Positions 19,898 through 28,398 of a stretch of DNA of 64,000 nt are shown here, piece after piece. Numbering within the stretch: position 1 is the first letter of the stretch; every line of letters starts with the position of its first letter. Below the pieces are notes generated by a model. The model did no database searches and had not been told where the DNA came from. It was given only the letters and a program-made list of their open reading frames with translations. Position numbers and translations under genes: made by a program. The stretch is taken from assembly GCA_027493375.1 (NCBI GenBank), contig JAPVWO010000059.1:6507-70506 (forward strand), written 5' to 3'. This stretch comes from Candidatus Multivorans thiocomprendens (lineage in GTDB: Bacteria > Acidobacteriota > Thermoanaerobaculia > Multivoradales > Multivoraceae).

Positions 19898-21406
19898 GTG
19901 GCCGACCGCGGATCCTCCCCCTCCCGGAAGGCGTCCACGGACTTTGCCGGCCGCCGCCAGCGGCTGCGGCTCGAGACCCTCTACGACCTGGTCGTGGCGC
20001 TCCATTCCCACGAATCCGAGCAGGGGCTGCTGGACGACCTCCTGCAGCGCCTCTGCACCATCGTCGACCCGGCGGCTGCAGCGGCCGTCACGCGCGACCG
20101 CTTCGGCGTCGCGCGGTCGGCGTCCACGGTCGGTTTCGGCAGCGATTCCCCGGCAGCCGAGGTACTGCTTGCCGGACCCTTGTGGGACGACCTCCTGGCC
20201 CGGGACGACGTTCTGGCGCGGAGCGGCGGCTCGCTGGCCGGCCGGGAGTTCCAGTCCCTGCTGGCGGCGCCGCTCAAGTCCCGCGATGCCGTGCTGGGCT
20301 TCGTCGCCGTCCTCGACAAGGAGGTCCGCGGCAAGGGCGAACCGGGCTTCAGCGACGGCGACCGGAGGTTCCTGCGGTCCGTCGCGGCGCTGGCCGGGGT
20401 GGCCCTGGACGGCCTGCGCCAGGTGGAGCGGCTGGTCGTCTCGCGGGAACGGCTGGCGGAGGAGAACAAGCTGCTCAAGGAGCGCCTCGACGATCTGGCG
20501 GAGGTCGGCGGCAGGCGGATCGTGGCCCATGCGCCGACGATGCGCCGCATTCTGGAGATGCTCGACCGGGTGGCGCCGCGGAGCGTGAGCGTCCTGCTGC
20601 GCGGGGAGAGCGGCACCGGCAAGGAACTGATGGCGGCGTTCCTGCATCAGCGATCCGAGCGGACGGGCCCGCTGGTGGCGGTCAACTGCGCCGCGCTTCC
20701 GGAGAGCCTGCTGGAGAGCGAGCTGTTCGGCATCGAGGGCGGCGTGGCCACCGGCGTGAGGGCGCGAATCGGTCGCTTCGAACTGGCGGAAGGGGGTACC
20801 CTCTTCCTCGACGAGGTGGCCGACCTCGACGTGGCGCTGCAGGTCAAGCTGCTGCGCGCCCTCCAGGAGCGCGAGATCGTGCGCGTCGGGGGCCAGCGGC
20901 CGATAGCCGTCGACACCCGCGTCATCGCCGCGACCCACCAGCCGCTGGAGCGGCTGGTCGAGGAGGGCCGGTTTCGCGAGGACCTGTACTACCGCCTGAA
21001 GGGAATCAGCGTGGAGCTGCCGCCGCTACGGGAGCGGCGGCGGGACATCCCTCATCTGATCCGCCACTTCGCCGAGACGTTCTGCGCCCGGGAGTCGATC
21101 GAGCTCGCCCACTTCGACCGGACGGCGCTGAACCTCCTGCTCGCGCACGACTATCCCGGCAACGTGCGGGAACTGCAGAACATCGTGGAAGGCGCGGTCT
21201 CCCTGGCCGACGGCGTCGTCGACGCGGCCCTGATCCAGTCGCTGATGGGCGGCGCGGTCGGTCTTCAGAGCCCGGAGCCGCTCGACCTCGAGACGGTCAA
21301 GCGGCGTCACGTACGCCGGGTCATCGGGATGACGGGGGGCAACAAGAGCGCCGCCGCGAGGCTTCTCGGCGTCAACAGGCGCACCCTGACGCGCGGAAGG
21401 TACTGA
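19898..21406 (+). CDS. GAF-domain sigma54-interacting transcriptional regulator (bEBP)
   Basis: N-terminal GAF, GESGTGKE, ESELFG, GVATGV in place of GAFTGA, PGNVREL, C-terminal HTH. Confidence 0.88.
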   Translation: MADRGSSPSRKASTDFAGRRQRLRLETLYDLVVALHSHESEQGLLDDLLQRLCTIVDPAAAAAVTRDRFGVARSASTVGFGSDSPAAEVLLAGPLWDDLLARDDVLARSGGSLAGREFQSLLAAPLKSRDAVLGFVAVLDKEVRGKGEPGFSDGDRRFLRSVAALAGVALDGLRQVERLVVSRERLAEENKLLKERLDDLAEVGGRRIVAHAPTMRRILEMLDRVAPRSVSVLLRGESGTGKELMAAFLHQRSERTGPLVAVNCAALPESLLESELFGIEGGVATGVRARIGRFELAEGGTLFLDEVADLDVALQVKLLRALQEREIVRVGGQRPIAVDTRVIAATHQPLERLVEEGRFREDLYYRLKGISVELPPLRERRRDIPHLIRHFAETFCARESIELAHFDRTALNLLLAHDYPGNVRELQNIVEGAVSLADGVVDAALIQSLMGGAVGLQSPEPLDLETVKRRHVRRVIGMTGGNKSAAARLLGVNRRTLTRGRY

Positions 21407-21526
21407 TCGATCCCCTGTCGCTGCGCCGGCCTGACATCCGACCGCTCGCAGACGAGCGCTCGGACTGTGACGCTGGTGGCGCGGGGACGCGCCACCAGGG
21501 TTCTGGCCGGCATCCCGCAGTGGCAA

Positions 21527-21645
21527 TGGGTCATTTCATCCCACCATAGGACATATTGCCCCAGATACATGTGGGACGGGCGTAACGTCTCACCAGAGCC
21601 GACCCAAGCCCGAGTGGCGCGACTCGGTCGGGACAAATTGCCCCG
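21527..21645 (+). promoter_or_regulatory. Three 17-bp imperfect palindromes, candidate bEBP enhancer sites
   Basis: TGGGTCATTTCATCCCA (21527-21543), TAGGACATATTGCCCCA (21547-21563), CGGGACAAATTGCCCCG (21629-21645), 90-210 bp upstream of a sigma54 promoter. Confidence 0.6.
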
Positions 21646-21734
21646 AATCGACCATCCGGTCGCGACGGTGCTGCTCGTCGCAAACCCGCGTGAAATCCGG
21701 GTTTGCGGGCGGTTTGCCCTCGTATCCCCCCGGC

Positions 21735-21750
21735 TGGCAGGGGACTTGCT
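21735..21750 (+). promoter_or_regulatory. sigma54 (-24/-12) promoter
   Basis: TGGCAGGGGACTTGCT, GG-N10-GC, near consensus TGGCAC-N5-TTGCW; preceded by inverted repeat CGCAAACCCG-N9-CGGGTTTGCG (21679-21707). Confidence 0.75.
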
Positions 21751-21765
21751 CTCTACCAGGGTCAC

Positions 21766-21865
21766 CAACGGGGAGGTCGAACATGATGCCAGTAGTGGTG
21801 CGAGTCGCCGTCGACGGCCGGGATCTCTCTGATGGGCGCCAGCAACGGGGAGGTCGAACATGATG
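21766..21865 (+). repeat. 23-bp exact direct repeat containing RBS and start codon
   Basis: CAACGGGGAGGTCGAACATGATG at 21766-21788 and 21843-21865. Confidence 0.9.
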
Positions 21866-22048
21866 GTAGGGTCGCCGTTCAGTTTTTTGGACCGTGGGGG
21901 CGTCACCGCGCCGGCTTCGTGGGCGGGGAGTCTCTCCGCCGGTGTGTTCCGGTCGTCCGTCGTGGTCGCCAGCTTTCTTTGGTTTCTTCTGAACGACCGG
22001 ATCCAACCCGTGGTGATCTACTGTCTCAAGCTCTTCCTTGTCGCCTAG
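21860..22048 (+). CDS. Small hydrophobic hypothetical protein (62 aa)
   Basis: Strong SD GGGGAGG, hydrophobic C-terminal half; lies between the sigma54 promoter and the rsbW-like gene. Confidence 0.5.
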   Translation: MMVGSPFSFLDRGGVTAPASWAGSLSAGVFRSSVVVASFLWFLLNDRIQPVVIYCLKLFLVA

Positions 22049-22084
22049 GATCCCGGCCGCAGGGGCGCCGGTCGCTTACCCCCG

Positions 22085-22528
22085 ATGTCTGAGCTCGGAG
22101 TTCTTGAAGAAACCCACCTGACCTTCAGGCTCGCGCCTGAAATGGAACTGGAAGTACGGGCCTGCGCCTGCGAGATGGCGAAGTCCATCCGGATGAGCAC
22201 GGACAAGGTCGAGGAAGTGGGCATGGCGGTCGTCGAGGCGTGCATCAACGCGATCGAACACAGCCGGGCCGCCGACGGCCAGCTGCATCTCGGGCTTGCG
22301 GTACTGGGTTCGGCCGGGGCGGACGAGCCGCAGGGGCTCCGGATCACGATTCAGGATCAGGGAGTCGGCTTCGATTGTTCGAAGCTCGTGCCGCCCCGGA
22401 TCGAGGACAACCTGAAGGCGATCCGGAAGCGTGGCTGGGGGTTGAAGATCATTGAAGGACTGATGGACGAGGTGAACGTGCTCTCGGGCGAGGGCGGCAC
22501 CTCCGTCGTGATGTTGAAGGCACTCTGA
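22085..22528 (+). CDS. RsbW-like anti-sigma factor / serine kinase (HATPase_c_2)
   Basis: AVVEACINAIEHS, IQDQGVGFD, RGWGLKIIEGLMDEV. Confidence 0.88.
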   Translation: MSELGVLEETHLTFRLAPEMELEVRACACEMAKSIRMSTDKVEEVGMAVVEACINAIEHSRAADGQLHLGLAVLGSAGADEPQGLRITIQDQGVGFDCSKLVPPRIEDNLKAIRKRGWGLKIIEGLMDEVNVLSGEGGTSVVMLKAL

Positions 22529-22571
22529 CGCACTCTGACGCTACTTTGAGCGAGGAAGTCTGGTTGGTTCC

Positions 22572-22931
22572 ATGAACGAGGGTCTGAAGTTGAACGTGGA
22601 GCGCCGCGACGGTCTGGCGGTGATCTACACGGACGGTTACATCAACAACCAGGGCGGCGAGGAGATCGCGGAGGCGGCGTACGGCCTGCTGGACGAGGGC
22701 TTCGGGACCCTGCTGCTGAACCTCGCCGGGACGAAGATCGTCAACTCGATCGGCATCTCCATACTGATCGAGATCATCGAGAAGATGATCGAAGTGGAGG
22801 GCCGGCTGTCCTTCTGCCATCTCACCCCGACGATCGAGAAGACCTTCCACATCATGGGCTTGGCGCAGTACGCCAGCATCTTTCCCGACGAACAGGCGGC
22901 GGTGACCGAGCTTCAGGCCGGGGCTTCGTGA
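22572..22931 (+). CDS. STAS-domain anti-sigma factor antagonist (RsbV-like)
   Basis: LLLNLAGTKIVNSIGISIL with the phospho-acceptor Ser position; FHIMGL. Confidence 0.88.
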   Translation: MNEGLKLNVERRDGLAVIYTDGYINNQGGEEIAEAAYGLLDEGFGTLLLNLAGTKIVNSIGISILIEIIEKMIEVEGRLSFCHLTPTIEKTFHIMGLAQYASIFPDEQAAVTELQAGAS

Positions 22932-24574
22932 CTTCGCCGGCCGCCGGTGCTGCTCAGGCGCCGGAGTCGACCTCGGCGGCTGGAACGGGTCTCGGAGCCG
23001 AACTCTGGCGGCTGGCGGCGGCCGCGGAGACCGCGGAGTGGGAGAGCGGCGCGGCGCAGACCCGGCTGGTCGGGCACTGGTGCCGGACGCAGGGCCTGGC
23101 CGGCGCCCAGATCTACCGCCGCGACGGCGGTCCGGTGGCGTCGTGGGGCGTGCTCGGCACCCGCGAACGGAGCCTGGAGCACGACCTGATCCTCTACTAC
23201 GCCGTCGCGGACGATGCGGCTCCCGATGACGGCGCCGGCGGCGGAGAGGGGAGCACGCCGGAGGAGCACGACCTCGCCGGAGTGCTGGCCATCGGCCTCA
23301 GGCTGCGGGAACTGGCCGACGAACTGAAGGACCGGAGATTCCAGGACAACTACAACGTCGTCACGCTGCAGGCGGTCTACGACGTGGGGCTGGCGATCGC
23401 TTCGACATTGAACCTGGACGAACTGACCGAGGAGATCCTGCTGCGCGCGGTTTCGCTCCTGGACGCCCGGCGCGGCGCCTTCTACCTGCTGGACGACGAA
23501 GGCCGCCTCGCGCTCGCCGGCACGATCGGCGGCGGCGCCCGCGAGGCGCTCGAAGCCCCGCCGGCATCCGGTTTCGACGAGGCCGGCGTCAAGGCGGTAG
23601 CGGCGGGCGTCATCCCGGCCGCGGAACACTCGCTCGCGGTCCCCATCGAAGGCGACGGGGGCAGCGGCAGCGTCGGCCTGCTGGTGGTCGCGGACAAGGA
23701 GAGCCGGACCGGAGTCGGCCCGTTCGCCGCGGCCGATCATCGGGCGCTTTCGCTGTTCGCCAACCAGGCCGCGATCGCGCTGACCAACGCGAAGCTCCAT
23801 CGGCAGGCGCTCGAGAAGGAGCGCCTGGAGCGGGAGGTGGAGCTCGCCGCCGAGATCCAGCGCAACATCCTGCCCGCCGAGATGCCGAGCGCGGGCTGCT
23901 TCGAGACCGTTGGCTGGAGCCGTCCCTCACGCCAGGTCGGCGGCGACTACTATGGCTCGCTCCGGTTCGCCGGGTCGCGCCGTGGCCTGGTGGTCGCGGA
24001 CGTCACGGGCAAGGGCATGCCGGCCGCGCTCCTGGTCTCTACTCTGGACTCGGCGTTGCGGTTGCTCGTCGACGACTGCCGGCTGGGCGGAGAAGGCGTG
24101 GGGGCGGAACTCTCGCCGGAACTCTTCGACCGTCTGAACAAGCACATCGTCGAGAGCAGCGCCAGCAACTGCTTCATCACCCTGATCCTCGCCGAGATCG
24201 ACCCGCGAAACCGCGGCGTCCGCTACCTCAATGCGGGACACAACCCGGGGCTACTGGTGCGCGGGAACGGCGAAGCCACGCTCCTTCCGGCCAGCGGCCT
24301 GCCGCTGGGCCTTCTTCCCACGGCGAGCTACCAGGTGGAGCCTCTCGAGATGGCTCCGGGCGACCTCCTCTGCCTGTACAGCGACGGGATCACGGAGTGC
24401 GAGTCACCGGACGGCGAAGAGTACGGCCAGGAGCGGCTCGAGGACTTCCTTCGCGCCCGCCGCGAGCGGCCGCTGTCCGAGATCGTGGACGCGATCGATG
24501 CCGACGTGAGGCGCTTCGGGGCCGGCCTGCCGCAGGGCGACGATCAGACCGTCGTGCTGATTCGCCGCGGCTAG
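22928..24574 (+). CDS. GAF + SpoIIE/PP2C phosphatase (RsbU-like)
   Basis: AAEIQRNILP, VGGDYY, ADVTGKGMPAAL, NAGH, YSDGITE, DDQT. Confidence 0.92.
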   Translation: MTSPAAGAAQAPESTSAAGTGLGAELWRLAAAAETAEWESGAAQTRLVGHWCRTQGLAGAQIYRRDGGPVASWGVLGTRERSLEHDLILYYAVADDAAPDDGAGGGEGSTPEEHDLAGVLAIGLRLRELADELKDRRFQDNYNVVTLQAVYDVGLAIASTLNLDELTEEILLRAVSLLDARRGAFYLLDDEGRLALAGTIGGGAREALEAPPASGFDEAGVKAVAAGVIPAAEHSLAVPIEGDGGSGSVGLLVVADKESRTGVGPFAAADHRALSLFANQAAIALTNAKLHRQALEKERLEREVELAAEIQRNILPAEMPSAGCFETVGWSRPSRQVGGDYYGSLRFAGSRRGLVVADVTGKGMPAALLVSTLDSALRLLVDDCRLGGEGVGAELSPELFDRLNKHIVESSASNCFITLILAEIDPRNRGVRYLNAGHNPGLLVRGNGEATLLPASGLPLGLLPTASYQVEPLEMAPGDLLCLYSDGITECESPDGEEYGQERLEDFLRARRERPLSEIVDAIDADVRRFGAGLPQGDDQTVVLIRRG

Positions 24575-25971
24575 GAATCCGTCGCGGTCAGACCGTCCAC
24601 GTCGGCCACCGCCAGGGCCGGTGCCGACGTGCCGCCGAGGAAACCGTCGCGCGAGGGACGGCAGAACAGGGTGTCGCCGATAGCCAGCAGGTTGGAGAAC
24701 ACGCGGAGCAGGCTGTCCTCCCAGACGAGATCGATCACCGGTTCGGCGAGCCGGCCGCCCCGCAGGCGACGCACCCCGCGGGCCCGTGCCCGCACCCGCA
24801 TGCGAACGGGGTCGAAGCACTCGACCTCGTCCAGCCTGCTGACCCAGACGCCGCCGTCCGCGATGCGGAACAGGTCCCGCTCGCTGTGCTCGCCGGGTCG
24901 GAGGAACGTGTTGAGGGGGCATGCCTCCTCGCCGCCCGTGCAGTGGCAGGTAGGAGAAAGCCCCACGCGGGCAGCGGTGGCGGTGTCCAGCGCCGGTGTT
25001 CGCGGCACTCCCGCGGACACCAGCTCGACGGAAGTCTTCGAGACGCCCTCCAGGTCGAAGGGAAAGGGCAGGCCGCTCTCGCGGCAGGCGTCGTCCGTCA
25101 GATCGAGGCGGCGGTCGAAGACCTGCACGCCCGTGTGCTGAAGCAGGAAGGACTCTCTCTCGAGGATCGAGCGTGAGGAGAACGCGTGGAGGTTCAGCAG
25201 TTCGACGAGCTCGATCGTCGCCTCGGGCGCCAGGAGGACGGGCGCGCCGCTGGGCGGCGTCGCGGCCGTGCCTTCGGGTGCCCTCCGCTCGCGCGCGGTC
25301 TCGACGAGTCGGGCAAGCTGGAGGTCGCCGAGCGAACGGGCGGCGTGGCGGGCGAAGCCGGCGCCCGGATCGGCGCCGCTTCGCACCTCGACCATGACGG
25401 AACTGGCCCGTTCGCCTCGCGCGAGTTCCCGGCTGTTGGCGATGGCGGCCTGTCCGATGGTCCATTCGATGATCGCCGCTTCGTCGTCCCTGAGCGCTTC
25501 TCGCAGCAACCGCCGGGCCGCCTTGGCGTGCAGGCGTTCGATATCCCGGTCGCAGACGGCGGCCGACGTGGCTTCCGGTTGGTTGCCCTCGGGCAACGCG
25601 GGGAGCGACTCGGGGGGCGCCGCCCGGGCTGCCGCGAGCGCGAAGCGGACCCCACTGTCGAGCTCGCCCTTGCGTGCGCCTCCCGTGCGGTGGATTCCCG
25701 AGCGTCGTCCCTCCCGAACCCTCAAGGTGACCAGGCGGGAGCGCCGCCGGTAGCTGTCGAGGTCGGGAACACGGAAGCCGGTGCGGCCGCGCCGGCTTTC
25801 CAGCCAGAGGATCTCCGTTTCGTCCGCCGGCGAGCGGTCCACCGCGGCGACGAGTTCCTCACGGACCCGGCCCAGGGAGCGCAGGCGGGGTTCGGCCTCG
25901 GCACGTCCGGACCGCCTCCTCCCCGATCGGCGGTTCGGCCTGGCCGGTCTCGGGGGGCGACGATCCGGCAC
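24571..25971 (-). CDS. TldE/PmbA-family protein
   Basis: PVLLAPEA, LTDDA...PFDLEGV, TCH...PLNTFL, GGTSAPAL pattern of PmbA_TldD. Confidence 0.75.
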   Translation of the reverse strand: MPDRRPPRPARPNRRSGRRRSGRAEAEPRLRSLGRVREELVAAVDRSPADETEILWLESRRGRTGFRVPDLDSYRRRSRLVTLRVREGRRSGIHRTGGARKGELDSGVRFALAAARAAPPESLPALPEGNQPEATSAAVCDRDIERLHAKAARRLLREALRDDEAAIIEWTIGQAAIANSRELARGERASSVMVEVRSGADPGAGFARHAARSLGDLQLARLVETARERRAPEGTAATPPSGAPVLLAPEATIELVELLNLHAFSSRSILERESFLLQHTGVQVFDRRLDLTDDACRESGLPFPFDLEGVSKTSVELVSAGVPRTPALDTATAARVGLSPTCHCTGGEEACPLNTFLRPGEHSERDLFRIADGGVWVSRLDEVECFDPVRMRVRARARGVRRLRGGRLAEPVIDLVWEDSLLRVFSNLLAIGDTLFCRPSRDGFLGGTSAPALAVADVDGLTATDS

Positions 25972-25995
25972 GGTGTTTGCCTATCATAGGGAATC

Positions 25996-26766
25996 GTGCG
26001 GGAACTCTGGCAGTCGAGGTCCGGATCGCCGCGGTCCGTTGCGCTCGCCGGCGTGGCATGCGCCTTTGCGGCGGTCGGCGTCGTGGGGCAGCCGCCTGAC
26101 CGGAACGATCCGTTCGCGGCCCAGCGCACCGCCATGGTGGAAGAACAGATCAGAGGCCGGGGAATCGAGGAACCGAAGCTGCTGAACGCGCTCAGAACGG
26201 TTCCCCGGCACGAGTTCGTGCCGGACTCCCTGCGTGACGACGCCTACGGCGACGAGGCCGTCCAGATCGGCTCGGGTCAGACCGTCTCCCAGCCCTACCT
26301 GGTCGCCTTGATGGCGGACCTTCTCGAGCTCGACGGCGACGAGAAGCTGCTCGAGATCGGTACCGGCTCCGGGTACACGACGGCGGTGCTGGCGCGTCTC
26401 GCTCGCCGCGTCTACTCGATCGAGATCATCGACGATCTGGCGGAGAGGGCGGTGGGGGTTCTGGACGAGCTGGGCTACGGCAACGTCGAGGTCCGCGTAG
26501 GTGACGGCTACCGCGGGTGGCCGGAAGAAGCGCCCTTCGACGGCATCCTGGTCTCCGCCGCGCCCGAGGAGGTGCCGCCGCCGCTGATCGAACAGCTCAA
26601 GGTGAACGGCATCCTGGTTGCCCCGGTCGGTGGACCCCTGCAGGACCTGGTGGTCATCCGCAAGACCCCGGACGGACTCGAACGCCGCCAAGTCGACGTC
26701 GTCCGGTTCGTGCCCATGGTGGGGCGCGCGCAGGAGGACCCGGAAGGGGAGAACCCGAACTTCTAG
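25996..26766 (+). CDS. pcm: Protein-L-isoaspartate O-methyltransferase
   Basis: VPRHEFV, GQTVSQPY, LEIGTGSGY, GDGYRGWPEEAPFD, VRFVPM. Confidence 0.93.
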   Translation: MRELWQSRSGSPRSVALAGVACAFAAVGVVGQPPDRNDPFAAQRTAMVEEQIRGRGIEEPKLLNALRTVPRHEFVPDSLRDDAYGDEAVQIGSGQTVSQPYLVALMADLLELDGDEKLLEIGTGSGYTTAVLARLARRVYSIEIIDDLAERAVGVLDELGYGNVEVRVGDGYRGWPEEAPFDGILVSAAPEEVPPPLIEQLKVNGILVAPVGGPLQDLVVIRKTPDGLERRQVDVVRFVPMVGRAQEDPEGENPNF

Positions 26767-26783
26767 GCCCGAACTTCCAGAAG

Positions 26784-26859
26784 TGGTGGAGCAGAAGGGA
26801 CTTGAACCCTCGACCCCCACGTTGCGAACGTGGTGCTCTCCCAGCTGAGCTACTGCCCC
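26784..26859 (-). tRNA. tRNA-Ala (CGC)
   Basis: GGGGCAGTAGCTCAGCTGGGAGAGCACCACGTTCGCAACGTGGGGGTCGAGGGTTCAAGTCCCTTCTGCTCCACCA; 76 nt cloverleaf with encoded CCA. Confidence 0.97.
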
Positions 26860-26926
26860 ACGAGAGTTCTCCCGTACCTCGGGGGCGACGGATTGTAGCA
26901 GCGCCGGACACGTATATGATCGGGCC

Positions 26927-27316
26927 ATGAGCAACGCCAAGAAAAAAGAAGGCGGCGAGGACGGCGGCAACGTCACGTCGATGGATCTGGCCCGGGAGGC
27001 GGTCGCCGAGGGGGTGGAGAAGGCCCGCTCGGCTGTCGGTCACGGCGTCGACGCGGCGCGCGAGCGGATGCGGGACTCCCCGCTGTCGGAACGGGTCAAG
27101 AAGGCCTCGGCCCGGGCTGGCGAGGCGGCCAAGGGAGGCTACGGTGCCGCCAAGGAGAAGCTCGGTCACGGCTACGAACGGGCGCGCAAGGACCTGGATC
27201 AACTGGTTGGCGACGTGAACGTGTACGTCCGTGACAATCCCGGCCGGGCAGTGCTGATCGCGGCCGCCGCGGGCTTCGTCCTGGGATTCCTGCTGCGTCG
27301 TGACCGCCGATCCTGA
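26927..27316 (+). CDS. DUF883/ElaB/YqjD-like tail-anchored protein
   Basis: Ala/Lys-rich helical body, YVRDNPGRAVLIAAAAGFVLGFLLRR C-terminal anchor. Confidence 0.8.
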   Translation: MSNAKKKEGGEDGGNVTSMDLAREAVAEGVEKARSAVGHGVDAARERMRDSPLSERVKKASARAGEAAKGGYGAAKEKLGHGYERARKDLDQLVGDVNVYVRDNPGRAVLIAAAAGFVLGFLLRRDRRS

Positions 27317-27530
27317 CCAGCCGGCGATCGAAGATCGGATTGTCGGCAGTCTGACGCCCGGTCTCGACTGGGTGGCGCTTGTGCGCGCGTATCCGCTGGC
27401 GTCCGTGGCCGTGGCGGCTTCGCTCGGTTTCCTGATCGGACGCGCCCGTGGCCGGGAGATCCTCGGCATTCTGGGCGACCTCGCCGGCGAGCGGGTCGAC
27501 GAGAGTGTACGCAGCGTCCTGATCCGCTAG
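27300..27530 (+). CDS. Small hypothetical membrane protein
   Basis: VRAYPLASVAVAASLGFLIGR resembles a DUF883 anchor; overlaps the previous gene. Confidence 0.55.
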   Translation: MTADPDQPAIEDRIVGSLTPGLDWVALVRAYPLASVAVAASLGFLIGRARGREILGILGDLAGERVDESVRSVLIR

Positions 27531-27567
27531 GGCCGAACACTCCCGACCCAGCCGCGGGACGACTCCG

Positions 27568-28398
27568 CTGCGCCGTCTGCTCCACCTCTCCGACATCCAC
27601 TTCGGGCCGCCGCACTACCGGCCGGCGGCCGCGGGCGTGGAGGCGCTGGTCGCGGACCGGCGGCCCGACCTCGTCGTCGTGTCGGGAGACCTGACCCAGC
27701 GGGCGAAACCTCGGCAGTTCCGGCAGGCGCGGCGGTTCCTGGAAGGTCTCGGGCCGCCGTTCCTGGCCGTACCGGGCAACCACGACGTTCCGATGTACCG
27801 GGTGTGGGAGCGTCTGCTCGACCGTTACGGCGCCTACCGTCGCCACTTCAGCCCCGACCTCGAGCCCAGCTTCCGGGACGCGGAACTGGAAGTCGTCGGG
27901 TTGAATACGGCGTTCAACCTGACGATAGAGGACGGGCGGTTCACGCCGCACCAACTGGCTGCGGTGAGGGAGCGCTTTCTTGGTGACGGCTCGACGGAAG
28001 GCGACGTGCCGAAGGTGCGGATCGCCGTCGCCCACCATCCCCTGGCGGCTCTGCCCGAGCTGATGGGCTGGCGGACGGCGCGCCGGAGCGGCGAGGCCCT
28101 GACGGCGTTTGCCGCGGCCGGCGTCGACCTGGTGCTGGCCGGGCATGTCCACGTAGCGGCCGTGGGTCCGGCGCCGGACCGCGGCAGGAGGCTGTGGCTG
28201 GTGCACAGCGGTACGTCCACTTCAAGGCGCGGCCGGGGCACGGAACGAGGACGGAACACCTGCAACCTGATCACCCTGGATACGGGGCCCCAAGACGCGG
28301 GGTGCTTGCGCCGGTCGGCGACGGTCGAGCAGATGCTCTGGTCGGAGCAGGCCGAGCGCTTCGAGGTGGAAGCGGTTCACGACTGCGCACTGGCATGA
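27568..28398 (+). CDS. Metallophosphoesterase (CpdA/Icc-like)
   Basis: LHLSDIHFG, SGDLT, PGNHD, HHP, GHVH. The first motif is upstream of the first canonical start (27637), so a CTG start at 27568 is proposed. Confidence 0.85.
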   Translation: MRRLLHLSDIHFGPPHYRPAAAGVEALVADRRPDLVVVSGDLTQRAKPRQFRQARRFLEGLGPPFLAVPGNHDVPMYRVWERLLDRYGAYRRHFSPDLEPSFRDAELEVVGLNTAFNLTIEDGRFTPHQLAAVRERFLGDGSTEGDVPKVRIAVAHHPLAALPELMGWRTARRSGEALTAFAAAGVDLVLAGHVHVAAVGPAPDRGRRLWLVHSGTSTSRRGRGTERGRNTCNLITLDTGPQDAGCLRRSATVEQMLWSEQAERFEVEAVHDCALA

